Shown here piece by piece: positions 1 to 13,099 of a DNA stretch of 64,000 nt. The stretch is from Eledone cirrhosa. Its lineage: Eukaryota. The DNA is taken from positions 227,416,001-227,480,000 of the forward strand of contig OZ024741.1 in the NCBI GenBank assembly GCA_964016885.1, in the 5' to 3' direction. Each line of letters opens with the position of its first letter. Position 1 is the first letter of the stretch. The notes under the pieces were generated by a model. The model had not been told where the DNA came from and searched no databases. It worked only from the letters and a program-made list of their open reading frames with translations. A program made the position numbers and the translations under genes.

Positions 1-1330
1 TGCATTCAATTCCGTTCTTAAGATTGCTCTTACTCTGCGGTAACATTCCTTCCTTATCCTTTCCCTCATTGTCGAGTGCTTGATTCCGTCTCCTTCACAA
101 ACACCTAGATATTTGTAAGTTTCCTCTTGATCAAGTTCTCTTATCACATTCCCTCGATCAAGATTAATGTCTGAACTTTTCAGCAGCTTTCATCTGGTGA
201 ACGTTGCTTTGGCGCATTTATCTAGTCCAAACTCCATTTTAATGTCATCACTGAACTGCTCCACAGTGGATAATAGCCCTTGCAATTGTTCATCATTTTT
301 TGCAAATAGTTTCAGGTCATCCATGTAGAACAGGTGATTAATGGTTTTGTCATAGACTTTATATCCATGTTTTGTTTCATTGAGCATTTTACTTAATGGT
401 ATAAGTGCGATGCAGAATAAAAGCGGTGATAAAGAGTCACCCTGAAAAATTCCACAATTAATATTAACTTCTCCAGCTTCCAGTGATTTTGTTTCACTAT
501 TCAAAAGGAGTGTCGTTTTCCATGTCTTCATACTGAATGACAAAAACCTCCTGACAACGGGGGATATTTTGAAAATCTCTAAACATTTTTCAATCCAACT
601 GTGTGGCAAACTATCGAATGCTTTTTTATAATCTATCCAAGCAATCGATAGATTTTTGTGTCTATTATGACAATCTTCCAGTATCATTTTGTTAACCAGA
701 AGCTGATCCTTACAGCCATATGAGCCTCGTTTACACCCTTTCTGCTCAATGGGAAATAGGTCATTTGTTATCAGGTGGTCATATGTGTATTCAGTTAGGA
801 CTGATGTTAAAATTTTATACATTGTGGTCAAGCAAGTTATCGGTCTGTAATTTTTGGGATTGTTTGTCTCATCATTCTTCGGAAGCAGGAATGTAATGCC
901 GTTAACTAGCCATGATGGTATCTTTTCTGGCTCCTTAACTATTTCATTGTAAAGTTGGTCTAACAGCTCATGAGACTCTGTGAAGGCATTTATCCAAAAG
1001 TTTTGTATTTTGTCTTTTCCTGGGGATTTCCATTTGCTGGTTTTTCTTAGAGCCAAGCGTTATGTTCAACTGTTATATTTTCCCATGTTTGTTCCTCAAG
1101 GTGAGCTGTATCTTTCATTTGTCTGTCTATCCATGGGGCATGTATGTTATGAACTTTTTCTTCGGCCCAGATCTTTTCCCAGAATTCTTGCACTTCCTCC
1201 TTGGGTGGTATTGATTTAACAGTGTATCAAGTTTCTGGTGTTGGTGAAATTGCTGTTATTTGGCTGTTCTATATAGTGTAGACAGAGGGTGTTTTCTTCC
1301 ATTTATAACCATTTTCTTTTTTTGAATACA
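1..1330 (-). mobile_element. R4/Dong-clade non-LTR retrotransposon fragment (RT domain), frameshifted, runs off the window start
   Basis: ORF 190..1056 has KSPGKD, NYRPITCL, WIDYKKAFDS, GIFQGDSLSPLLF and YMDDLKL. A second frame below 190 continues with ETYKYLGV. Confidence 0.9.
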
Positions 1331-1557
1331 AAATATATAATACAAAATTGAATATTTGAGCGATATAACAATATAATATGGATCCGAAATTTTATGGGAC
1401 TTCATTCGGTGGTTTATGCAACATTTGTACTAACAATTGTTATTTCACAATTGATTTAAATATGTTAAAAATCAAAAACTTACGGGAGCGATTTCATGAC
1501 CTTCTACCACCTCGTGCGTCTTCTTCCCTTTCTATTATTATTATTATTGTTGTTATT

Positions 1558-3184
1558 CCTTGAATCTCAGTCATTGATGTTGGTTAACTGGAAAGTCCGT
1601 TGGATTGAATATCAAGCCACTACCTGCAGCCTCAGATATTCAGGACGTATCGGAGGGTTCTTGCTGTTCCAAGCAAGCATGCCTTTTGAAGCGTTCCAAA
1701 AAGCGTGAAGGGGCCGATTTTCTTTAACCATCCCTGGAAACTTTTGGAGATAGTCCCCAGTGCGCCTATGACAATCGGGATCACTTTGACTTCATGGCAG
1801 TTCCAAATCCTTTTCACCTCCCACTTTAGGTCCTGGTATCGGTTAATTTTCTCCTTCTCCTTCTCTTGCACTCTCGTGTCGAACGGGCAGGCCACATCCA
1901 CAATCAGACACGATCTTTTTTCTTTGTCCACAACCACCAGGTCAGGTCTATTGTGTTCCAGTTTTTTGTCCGTCTGTATCCTAAAATCCCACAGCACCTT
2001 CACCTGATTGTTCTCCATCACCGCCTCTGGCCTATGCTCATACCATTTCTCAGAATGTGGTAAATTGTTTACTTTGCACAGGTGCCAGTGGATCACCCTG
2101 CCCATCACATCGTGTCTCCAGCCCTTATAGTGGGTCTGGGCTAGGTGTTTACACTCGGACACAATGTGAGCCACAGTCTCCTCTCTCTCTCCACAGATCC
2201 TGCACAGTGGGCTAGCCTCCTCCTTGTAGATATGGTGCTTCAACCACTTCGTTTTGAGGGCCTGCTCCTGTGCAGCCATTAGCATTCCTTCTGTAGCCTT
2301 TTTGAGGTCTCCTCTTCTCAACCAGTTCCATGTCTGTGGATCTCTAAATTCAGTTTTCTCAAAGAAGGTACTATGAAGGGATTTTCCCTTAAGGCTGCTC
2401 TTCCTCCTTGATGTTATTTCCTCCTTGGACATCCTCTGGCCTACTGTCCCCTCCTTCAGTACAGTTCTGAGCATTGGCTCCTTACTATAGGTCACGTATT
2501 TGTATAGGTTGTTTTTCTCCATCTGAACACAGTCCTCTATGCTGATAAGACCTCTTCCACCCTCAGATCTCCTTAGGTAGAGTCTATCGACATCACTCCT
2601 CTTGTGGAACATGTTGTAGATAGTCAATAGCTTCCTAGTCTTCCTATCCATTTCTTTTTGTTCAGCAACATTCCATCTCAGAATTCCCGCACTGTACCTA
2701 ATAATAGACACAGCTCGGGAATTTACTGCGCTTATGGCATTTCTGCTGTTCAGATGTGACTTCAATACGCTCCTTACTCTCCGAATGTATTCAGTTCTTA
2801 ACAATTCCTTCATTTTTTTGTTCTTTATGCCATCAGCCTCCAGAACGCCCAAATACTTGTATCCTTCCTCAGAGTCAATTTCCTTTATCATCTCACCTGT
2901 TGGTATCTGGATCCCGTTACTTCTGCTCAACCTACCCCTCTTCATCACAATGACTCCACATTTACCAATACCAAACTGCATACATATATCACTGCTGAAA
3001 ATACGGACAGTGTCAACAAGCACATCCAACTCCTTCTCACTTTTCCCGAAGAGTTTAAGATCGTCCATGAAGAGGAGGTGATTGATGGTAAGCTCTCCCC
3101 TTCCCAACTTGTATCCTGCTCTCACTTTTCGCAGCATAATGGTCAAGGGCATCAGGGCAAGGACAAACAACAGAGGGGACAGGC

Positions 3185-3185
<1 letters not shown>
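1558..3185 (-). mobile_element. 5'-truncated Dong/R4-like LINE (family B): RT C-terminus, Cys/His finger and RLE endonuclease, flanked by (TAA)n
   Basis: Open 512-aa ORF 1632..3170 with FMDDLKL, YKYLG, CRIC..ETVAHIVSEC and RPD..IVDVACP..EK..RYQDL. Both ends abut (TTA)n. Confidence 0.93.
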
Positions 3186-3268
<83 letters not shown>

Positions 3269-3371
3269 CCCGCCGAGGTTAACTTTGCCTTTCATCCTTA
3301 CGGGGTCGATAAACTAAAGTACCAGTAATGCACTGGGATAATTGCTGTCCTTGTGCCAAAAGTAGAAACAG
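3269..3371 (+). mobile_element. 3' part of tRNA-derived SINE (family S1) with (ATT)n tail
   Basis: ccgccgaggttaactttgcctttcatccttacggggtcgataa...gtagaaaca recurs many times in the window. Confidence 0.85.
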
Positions 3372-3397
3372 TTATTATTATTATTATTATTATTATT

Positions 3398-3655
3398 GTT
3401 ACAGTTGTATTTATCTTGCTTTATGTTCATACGAGTTATCACCAAGTCACAACCAGTGACCTCAAGAGACAACAAGGTCCGCCATGTTCAAGAAAGAACA
3501 TACATACTCACACATGCATCTTTAGTGTTTAGACTTGTGATGTACTTATATTGACAGAATCTTGCTTAGTATATGGGCAGTTCCCATTAGTACTATCTTT
3601 TGTATTTCTCCTATCCGCGGGTTTCCTGGGATTTGCGATAAGTAATCATTAGACC
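3398..3655 (-). mobile_element. 3'-terminal fragment of another R4/Dong-like LINE in (TAA)n
   Basis: The minus strand reads ..SQIPGNPRIGEIQKIVLMGTAHILSKILSI* (stop 3546-3548), similar to the RLE C-terminus LQKACLLGTARTLRYVLNI. (TTA)n on both sides. Confidence 0.75.
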
Positions 3656-3699
<44 letters not shown>

Positions 3700-3700
<1 letters not shown>

Positions 3701-3952
3701 CTTGAATCTCAGTCATTGATGTTGGTTAACTGGAAAGTCTGTTGGATTGAATATCAAGCCACTACCTGCAGCCTCAGATATTCAGGACGTATCGGAGGGT
3801 TCTTGCCGTTCCAAGCAAGCATGCCTTTTGAAGCGTTCCAAAAAGCGTGAAGGGGCCGATTTTCTTTAACCATCCCTGGAAACCTTTGGAGATAGTCCCC
3901 AGTGCGCCTATGACAATCGGGATCACTTTGACTTCATGGCAGTTCCAAATCC
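3700..3952 (-). mobile_element. Second, heavily 5'-truncated copy of Dong-like family B
   Basis: Near-identical to 1558..1811 with the same 3' end. (TTA)n on both sides. Confidence 0.92.
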
Positions 3953-4006
<54 letters not shown>

Positions 4007-4495
4007 CATTACTATTATTATTAATTTTGCCAATAAAGAAATCATTAGATGTTGATGGATAATGGTATCCATAATGAGCTGGACTAAAGGCCTAGCGATA
4101 TTTTGTTCTGTTTCCATATTTTCCGAGTTCAAATCCTGCTAATGTCTAATTTGTTATTTTATCATTCCAGGGTCGCTCAAAATATGTCAATATTTATTCA
4201 TTTATTTATTTGTTTTTATAAGAGCGTTGGATTACGAGAATATAAGAGATAGACGTAGCCAACCTGCTGGGTAGTTTTTGTCTTCGATGTGATCTAGGAC
4301 ATTTGTAGTTGCAATAGAAGCACTAACTCCATATGTTAACAAAATCAAGTGTTTTCTCTCATAGCCTTGTGTTGACATTGTAAATAAAATTTGCCAGAGG
4401 GAATCTGTGCGGACACCTTTTTAAGATATGGTTCCTGTACTTGGGATTTAATCCCTTGCCAGTTTAACATCACTATCTGGTACGTTCCGTTGTAA

Positions 4496-4584
4496 TTATT
4501 CGAGTTCTGTGTCCAGTCTAAGGAGAGCTTCTCTTCTTCTACTTGTCTCTCTGAAAAGTGTTATGGGTGTTAAGCTTCTCTTGT
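4496..4584 (-). CDS. Candidate terminal coding exon of an unidentified host gene
   Basis: Pyrimidine tract plus AG acceptor (ttttatttttatttcttttactggcttag). Open frame (D)KRSLTPITLFRETSRRREALLRLDTELE*. AATAAA motifs downstream near 4195-4210. Confidence 0.25.
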
Positions 4585-5042
4585 CTAAGCCAGTAAAAGA
4601 AATAAAAATAAAAATCCAACTACTTGAATTTCAACTTTACAATCATACGGCTTTGTGCCAAAGCACGATATCAATAATTAATTCAGACTTCATAATACCA
4701 CCCAGGTAAATGTTTATTAACCAATAGGAGCTAACTGGGACATTAATTTATTCTTTGAAAACTTTGTAGCTACTTCAACCTTAATAGTTACCAAGAACTT
4801 TATATACGTCAATTATAATCCTTTTAATATTTCATAATTAAATATCATTTATAGATTCAGACTATTGTCACCTCTCACATATAATGTTTTCTTTATATCA
4901 ACGTACTACAAAAAGAAATTACGATTTAATCCGATGAAGCTTAACTTCTGTTAAATAACGAATCAGTTGGAAATCAATAGAAGTTTTTGGAAATTATATT
5001 AATTATATTAACATCATATAGCAGGATTCAGCGAATAATTCA

Positions 5043-5116
<74 letters not shown>

Positions 5117-5120
<4 letters not shown>

Positions 5121-5770
5121 AATGGCGTGCTGTGTTGTTGGAATTGTGATATACAAATTAAAATGAAGAATTAGAAATAGGAATATCCATCATCAGTGGT
5201 CTACTAGCCATCATCGGTATTTCTTCGCATTAAAGACCAGATACCTCAGGCTAGATCGAACAATAACTAAAATAAGTTATTGGGATAAAAAGAATTGGGT
5301 GGAGAAAGAGAGACAGGTAAACAAACACGAATGGTGAGGCAACCTAAAGAGAGGAAAAAATGAGAAATTCAAGTCAATGATTCATTTGAACATACGAACT
5401 TGCGAATATTGACGAGAAGACGAGAGATACATCCAACCATACGAAAGTGAGCGAGAAAAGAATTTCGCACAGTGTGGGACGATGGAGGAAGTGAGAGAGA
5501 GGGTGAGCAGCAGAGAGTGAGTGAGTGAAAGTGTGAGGAAGAGGCTAGCCGAGAGAGGGTGACTAGCAGAGGGGGTGAATGAAAGTAAGAGGGAGAAGGA
5601 GAGAGAAGGGTGAGAGAGAAAGAGGATAGCAGTAAGGGAAGAGAAAAAGACAGGTCACAGCGAAGTGGAAAGCATATATGAATGAAAAATGGCGAGCTGT
5701 GTTGTTGCAAACGTGATATACAAATTAAAATGAAGAATTAGAAATAGGACTATCCATCATCAGTGGTTTT
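5117..5770. repeat. About 565-bp terminally redundant repeat next to (TA)n; related copy at about 45640..46005
   Basis: The roughly 85-bp block gaaaaatggcg...ccatcatcagtggt occurs at 5117 and about 5684. A homologous block starts near 45645. Confidence 0.6.
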
Positions 5771-6038
5771 TCTACAAAAACACCCTAACGCACACAACAT
5801 GAACAACAAGCACAAACACAATAGATATTCCTTTGACCAGACCATGAGAAGTAGAAAAACCAGGAGATCATTCTCAAGATCTCAACACAGACTACCCACA
5901 AGGAACGGGGAAAAAAACCGTAGAATAACCAGATCACTCTCAAGATCTCAACAGAGATTACCCACAAGGAATTGGGCGAAAAAACGATCTAAACCTGAAA
6001 GCAAACCTAGGTAATTTTCCCAGATTGTTAAAAATAAT

Positions 6039-6224
6039 TGTTTCTACTTTTGGCACAAGGCCAGCAATTACCCAGTGTATTACTGGTACTTTATTTTATC
6101 GACTCCATAAGGATGAAAGGCAAAGTTGACCTCGGCGGGATTTGAACTCAGAATGGCAAGGGCCGTAACTCTATACGTCAAAGCATGGCGTCCGACCCTC
6201 TACCGATACTGCCAATCCACCGCC
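6039..6224 (-). mobile_element. Full-length tRNA-derived SINE S1 with about 20-bp target-site duplication
   Basis: A-box-like tggcagtatcgg and B-box gagttcaaatccc. TSD cccagattgttaaaaataat at 6019-6038 and 6223-6242. Confidence 0.9.
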
Positions 6225-7802
6225 CAGATTGTTAAAAATAATGCTAACAAGAAATGGAAAAATAATATACATAATACCAAAAATAGGACAAAATACATAA
6301 CGAAACTAAATATAATATCACAACCAAAAGTTCATCAAGCAAACACCAACAAGAATATAAATCCTCAACAGAGAAAAATCCATTTTTTAACGTCAGGACA
6401 ACAAAAAAACGGAAAAAGAAAAACTCCAGGAGGAAACATACCCAAAACACGTAGATCCTAAAATAATTAATTTAACCAAAAGGCGGTTAAATACTGGGTG
6501 GAAAAACAGAGAAAAGTGATTCCCACCAGATTCACAGCGCCATTTATATTAGACGGAGTCAAACTTATTCCGGAAAACAACACTTTCTTCTTCAATGGAA
6601 AGAATTACATCCAAATTAGAGGCACATCGATGGGAACGAAGTGTGCTCCCGTTTACGCGAACTCTGTAATGGGATACTTGGAACAACAACTCTACCAAGA
6701 AATAGCGGCAAAATATAGCACTGACTTTAGAAAGTACATTGAAAAGTCTTGGAAGGGATACCTTGACGACTGTTTCATCATCTGGACAGATTCTCTAGAT
6801 ACTCTGGATGAGTTCAATATCCTCCCGAATAACCTACACCCATCTCTCCAATTCACAAAATAGATGAGTAGGACCAAATTACCATTCCTAGATATAATGG
6901 TAGTCAAAAACGACACCACCATTACCACGGATATATATTATAAACACACAGACACCCATCAATATCTGAATTTTAAGTCGTGCCATCCACCTCATACAAA
7001 ACGCAACATCCCATACTGCCTAGCCAGAAGAATTTGTACCATTGTAGAAGATACGAATACCAGGAACAAACGGCTAATAGAACTGAGAGAATTTTTGCTC
7101 AGTCAAAAATACCCATCTCTACTTATAGAAAATGGCATACAGCGGGCTATAAAAATACCTATACAACAACTTAGGATAACCCAAGGATGAAGAAACCAAG
7201 AACTGGTCATACCATTTATAATGACACACAACCCATGTCACCAGAATATCTTTAACAATGCCTAAGCAAACCTACGGATCATTGCGCAAAATAATGAATT
7301 AAAAGGTTTAATCACAGACCGATCTTTGACACTTAGTAAAAGACAGCCGAAAAATTTGAAGCAATTACTAACAAAGGCAAAGTTTGACCTTAACAACAAA
7401 GACCAATCATTCACTGTATCTAAAGGCAATGATAGTCGATGTGGCACATGTCAATCCATACACACTGGTCAATATATGAACACAAAAACTGGAAAAATAT
7501 TCCCGAATGCAAATATGAACTGCAAAAGCAGAAATCTAATTTACTGCATTAAATGTCCGAATTGTGATGAACTATATGTCGGTCAAACTGGAAATGCACT
7601 ATCGGAACGTGCACCGGTGCACCGACAGCAAATCAGAGATCCAAATGTCCGTCAGATATCCCTGAGTAACCATCTAGCAACATGTGGTCAGGGAATATTT
7701 ATAATATTTCCATTCTACAAATTACACAGCCCAAGTGAAATCAAGAGAAAAATTAAAGAAAAGAATTTTATTGATAAATTCCAACCTAAGCTAAATGAAC
7801 AA

Positions 7803-7955
7803 TAATAATTGTTTCTACTTTAGACACAAGGCCAGCAATTACCCAGTACATTACTGGTACTTTATTTTATCGACCCCGTAAGGATGAAAGGCAAAGTTAA
7901 CCTCGGCGTGATTTGAACTCAGATCATAAAGGGACGTAACTCTATGCTAAAAAGC
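7803..7955 (-). mobile_element. SINE S1 copy
   Basis: Matches 6039..6190. Confidence 0.85.
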
Positions 7956-8369
7956 ATATTAATAATGCTTAGGGGTATTACTCCTACTATGACTACGCCT
8001 ACGACCATGTCGACTACCAGCGCTAACAACAACAACAACAACAATAATAATAATAAAAGCGATGTTGATGGTGATGATTACTGAAGACTTTTTATAAAAA
8101 CCCTAGAAAATGCTATTTTCATCATTTCTAAAAATAGCAAAACAATTGATGCTTTGGATAGGGTCAAATAGAAGTCGCTAGACATGCTCAACCAACCGTG
8201 ACGCCTAAACCAATCAGTTTTAGTAATCCAGTGAAACTACACACCGATTGGTCGAAATACAGTTTGCAAAACTTAGCATTCTTTAGCCGTTTTTCACTGT
8301 ATATAAGGCACAAAATTTACCCATCTCATTACAGTTGACCATTGCAAACTTGACTGTCACCACAGAATA

Positions 8370-8408
8370 TGAACCTGAAGATTGCGAAAGCATGAAAGTA
8401 CTTGTTCA
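8370..8408 (+). ncRNA. Minimal type I hammerhead ribozyme in Penelope pLTR
   Basis: TGAAC-CTGAAGA-t-TGC gaaa GCA-t-GAAA-GTAC-TT-GTTCA: stem I, core, stem II, palindromic stem III and NUH triplet. Confidence 0.85.
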
Positions 8409-8522
8409 ATTAACACTTAACATTTAATATTCTACCATACTATTTCATTATAATATCATTATAATTTTAAAGGATTGTAAATAAAACGAGTAAATCAGAC
8501 AAAGTTGGAATTCCTTTTATTA

Positions 8523-8652
<130 letters not shown>

Positions 8653-8804
8653 ATATATATACATATATAATAATAATATTATTTATAGTTATATATACAC
8701 TATATACAACTATAAACAAGAAAGGTCAGTAATTTATTACTAGCTTATTACCAGTAAGAAAAATAGCTCAATGTAAATACATCAGATGTTTTACAGAGCA
8801 GGAA

Positions 8805-10268
8805 TATAAATTACACAATAATCAAAACTATGTTCAAATCATTTTATTGCTGACAATCGTTTCTTCCAAACTTTCCTTTGGATTCCTCGGAGGACTACCA
8901 AAGTTTGGACATATAATTAACTTCCTATTCAACTGAACAATCATATAAATACATGGATATTAAAAGCATATAATTACCCCCCACAGGATCACCCTCTATG
9001 ATCAGCTCATTCCTCTACTTAACTCCTATTTATCTCTAAGTCTACAATAATTATTAGGAATAAACATAAAGGTACCACCATTTAATATAACTACTATAGC
9101 TTACTTATATTATATTCAGTAATGGATAGATAATAATACAATGAGACCTTTAATGTATTATAGGAAAATAAATTATATTTATAAATAAATATATAAATTA
9201 ATAGCATTATATATAAGGGATTCACTTATAACATAGTATAATGTATGTTAATAACACAAGAGGTTTAACTAATTAGACCTGTAAACAACTATACATTTTT
9301 CTATAGCTTACTTATATTTAATTCAGTAATGGATAGATAACAATATAATGAGACCTTTAAGTGTTATAGGAAAATAGATTATATTTAAAATTAAATATAA
9401 ATAAATAGCATTATATAAAAGGGATTCACTTGTAACACAATATAATGTATATTATCAAAAGCAATTTAACTCATTGGAGCTGTAAAGAACTATATATTTT
9501 TTTCTATTTTTTTCTATCATATACAAATTAATCGCTAATTACCTCCCATTTCACATTACCTCCCCTTAATATAGATCCCAAACTCACTTCCGGAAATTAA
9601 ACCATTAGAAGAATCACTCCAGAACAACTCGAACCCGGGATAACAGTATAATAGGACCAATACACAATCCATAGCTGTATCTTATTATAAACACTCACTA
9701 AAATAAAATATAACCAATTAATGGAAAAGATAACAATAATAATAATACTCTCAACACATGCACATTTGAACATTACAGAAACAATTGCCATACTACATCC
9801 ACCATTAACTCATCATTTTAATACACAAACATCTGTGTCTGCTTGATATGCTTGTAAACCTATGTTATTTTATGTGATGCCTTTGCCATGCAGTAATTAT
9901 ATATGCCTAGTACCATTGCTTGTTTTCTACCTAACTGTCCTGTATATGCCTAACGCATTTGCACTCTCTATACTGCTTTAATTATTATACTATTCTCTTG
10001 TAATCTGTCACATGCATTCCACTCTGTGCCTCTTTAATTATTATACAATTCTCTTGTAATCTCTGTCACATCCATTCCACTCTGTAAATACTAAACCGTT
10101 GATGACAACATTAATATCCATGTATCTATATGATTGTTCAGTTGAATAGGAAGTTAATTATATGTCCAAACTCTGCTAATGCTCGGATGATTCCAAACGA
10201 AAGTTTGGAAGAAACGATTGTCAGCAATAAAATGATTTGAACATAGTTTTGATTATTGTGTAATTTAT
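8805..10268. mobile_element. Element with about 155-bp terminal inverted repeats containing an HHR-like motif and an internal 208-bp tandem duplication
   Basis: 8805..8962 is the reverse complement of about 10112..10268. At 10180..10226 (+): TGCT-CGGATGA-TTCCAAAC gaaa GTTTGGAA-GAAA-CGATTG-TC-AGCA. About 9093..9300 is repeated at about 9301..9500. Confidence 0.7.
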
Positions 10269-10440
<172 letters not shown>

Positions 10441-10639
10441 ATGTGTGTCTGTGTGTATATATATGTGTGTGTGTATGTATGTGTGTGTGTATGTATGTGT
10501 GTAGCTCACACGTTACTCTAACCATATGATTATATGATTAAGTAGACCAGTCATACATTAAAGGACTGAAGAGGCATATTAAGTAACCCTACGAAATAAT
10601 AATATTTGGGTTATAGGAATAAACTATTTTAACCAAGTC

Positions 10640-11735
10640 ACATACCTATAGCCTGTTACATCGAACGTACTTATTACCAATTAAATTAAACTTACGTATC
10701 ATCTGTTATATCAAACATACATATAGTCAATGACATTAATCTTGATTATAGTCTGATACATCAAACGTGCGGATAACCAATTGTATTAAACATACGTAGA
10801 CCCTGTTACATTGAATATATGTGTAACCATTTACATTAAGATTATGTATAGCCTGTTACATCAAACGTATGTGTAAGATGTTACAGCAAATTTACAAGTA
10901 GTTTGTTAGATGAGATTAACCTGAAGCTTGTCGCATCTAGATTGTTAAATCAAATTTACATATTATCTGTTGCATTAATCCTAAAGACATCCCGTTACAT
11001 CAACTGTATTTATAGCCTTCTTCTTCTTCTTCGCCCACTTATTCCTGAGAGGGTCGTGGGGGCAGAGTTCTCAAATACTCCTTCTAGCGGGTCCTGTCAG
11101 AAGTAACCATTTCAAACTGATCCGGCTGGATCCCCAAGCATGGCCAACCAAGCTCATGGATGTTATCCAACCATTTTGCTCGGGCTCTACCCTTGGGTCT
11201 CTTGCCGGTTGGTTTTACCCGTAAAATCTGTCCAGTGATTCTTTCCTGAGATATTCTAACCACATGTCCATACTATCGGCGGTGTGATCTCTCAATTCGG
11301 TGAAGTAGTGGCTCTGCCTGGAGTGACTCTCTGATCTCCGTGTTACTTACTTTATTGAGTAACGTTACTCCAAAGACCTTTCGGAGGAATCCCATTTCAG
11401 CCGTTTGTATTCGCGATGGTAATATTTCGGTCATTCTCCAAGATTCACGACCATAGTTAAGGGTTGGCATTGTGTCTCTGTAGCTTGTCATATTAACCTT
11501 ACATATAGCCTGTAAGATCATATTTGCCTGTTGCGTGTCGCATTAGATTACGTGCTGTCCGTTTCGGCAAATTCACTTTTAAAATGTTGCATCATAATTA
11601 CATGTAGATTACATCAAACGTACGCAAAGATTGTAACATTAAACTTACGTGTTGGCTGATAAATCGAACATACGTGTCGTCCGTTACCGTATGATTATAT
11701 GTAAGCTGCTACATCGAACTTACCTGTAACGTCAT
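10640..11735. repeat. Degenerate minisatellite of about 50 bp, split by an RTE insertion
   Basis: A ctgttacatc-like motif recurs at about 10653, 10703, 10753, 10803 and 10853, and resumes after about 11480. Confidence 0.65.
11017..11470 (-). mobile_element. RTE-clade LINE 3' fragment with (GAA)n tail
   Basis: LNYGRESW..EMGFLRK..NTEIRE, then YGHVVR and GKRPKGRARAKW. cttcttctt tail at 11017-11031. Confidence 0.82.
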
Positions 11736-11745
11736 TAATTAAATA

Positions 11746-13099
11746 CAGGGTGACCGAAAAATGCTGACCTCGCGCACGTTCGGTGTCACTGTATATTCGT
11801 TTTCTAACCGATCAACCTTATATTTCAGATCATAGCAATACAACGTCTGAGAAGACAAGACCCTCTGGGAGCTCCAGCAGTGGAGTTTCTTTGTGAAACA
11901 CTACTATAATTGTGGGTCGTACAAGCTTGTCCAGGAGCAATTCGATGCATGTTTTGAACGGAAAAATCTCTGTCCCAAGCCAATATACAAAACTGGGTGA
12001 AGAAGTTTGAGACCCATGGGACAGTGGAACGCTCAAACAATGCATGAGGAACGTCCTACACACTCTCGACTACCCAGGAAGCGTATACAGAAAGTTTTTG
12101 ACATGATCCGAGCGTCTGTTGAACAGATCCCAAAACGATCGCTGTGCAAGAGAAGCCAATCCTTGGGTCTCTCCACAGAAAATTGCAAAAGGGTTGTCAA
12201 AGAGGATCTTAGGAAGTACCCTAACAGAATACAGAATAAACAATGGCTTACTGTAATTGATAAGAACAAGGAAAATCAATGGCTGAGAAAATCTTGGTGA
12301 AAATGGAAAACAAGCCAAAGTTTCTGAATCTGTTGGGCACCTCTGATGAAGCTCACTTTCACTTAGAGGGGAAGATCAACTCTAAGAACAATGTGTTCTG
12401 AGAGTCAGAGAAACCCACTGGAGTGGCTTTGAAACCTTTCCACTCGGCTAAATGTACCGTCCTGGCTGTGATCTCTGCGAAAGGGTTGATTGGTCCATTC
12501 TTCTTCGACAAAAATGGCTTCACTGCTACAGTCACCAAGGAACGATATGTGGAAGTCTTGGAATACTTAAAAAAGGAGCTACATACAATGCACCCATTTC
12601 TAATATATAAGTTCTGATTCCAGCAGGGTGGGCAAGCTCTCACACCTAAAATAAGTCGTGAGAATAGCTGAAAAATAACTTTGGAAACCGTATGATCAGT
12701 TCGAAGACTGATTTTGAGTGAGCTCTACACGGCCCTGTTTAAGCCCCCCAGATATCTTTCTTTGGGGCTATCTGAAGGATAGGGTATATATCAACTAACC
12801 CAGGACCATCACTGAACTAAAGTAAAACAACAGGGAGGAGATCAGAGCCATCCCTAGGTCTGTTTGTGAAGACGTTACGCTAAACTTTACTATGTGCCTC
12901 AAAAAATGTATGGATTTAAATGGGGACCATTTGGAACATATGCTGAAACTCTTAATAGAAACATCAGAAAATAATGAAGTTTTGATGTTATTTTTAATTA
13001 TTTGGACTAATTGTGTTCGGAGTGTCTGTAGGTTATTTTGTCAAAAAATCAATAATGGAGACAAAAATAAAAATGGGGCTAAATTTTATAGTCACCAAG
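11746..13099 (+). mobile_element. Decayed Tc1/mariner DNA transposon
   Basis: Imperfect TIRs CAGGGTGAC and GTCACCAAG, each flanked by TA. Broken transposase with SDEAHFHL, GLIGPFFF, FQQGG and FLWGYLKDRVY. Confidence 0.85.

Larger units (their letters stand above)
5770..8460 (+). mobile_element. Penelope-like element (RT + GIY-YIG), disrupted, with 3' pLTR; interrupted by two SINEs
   Basis: ORFs 6498..7805 carry GTSMGTKCAPVYAN, YLDDCF, LPFLDI, DIYYKHTDTHQYL, CGTC and NLIYCIKC..LYVGQT. HHR at 8370. Confidence 0.88.

Noticed and set aside
10560-10605. CTGAAGA...GAAA motif
   Set aside because: Stems do not pair convincingly.
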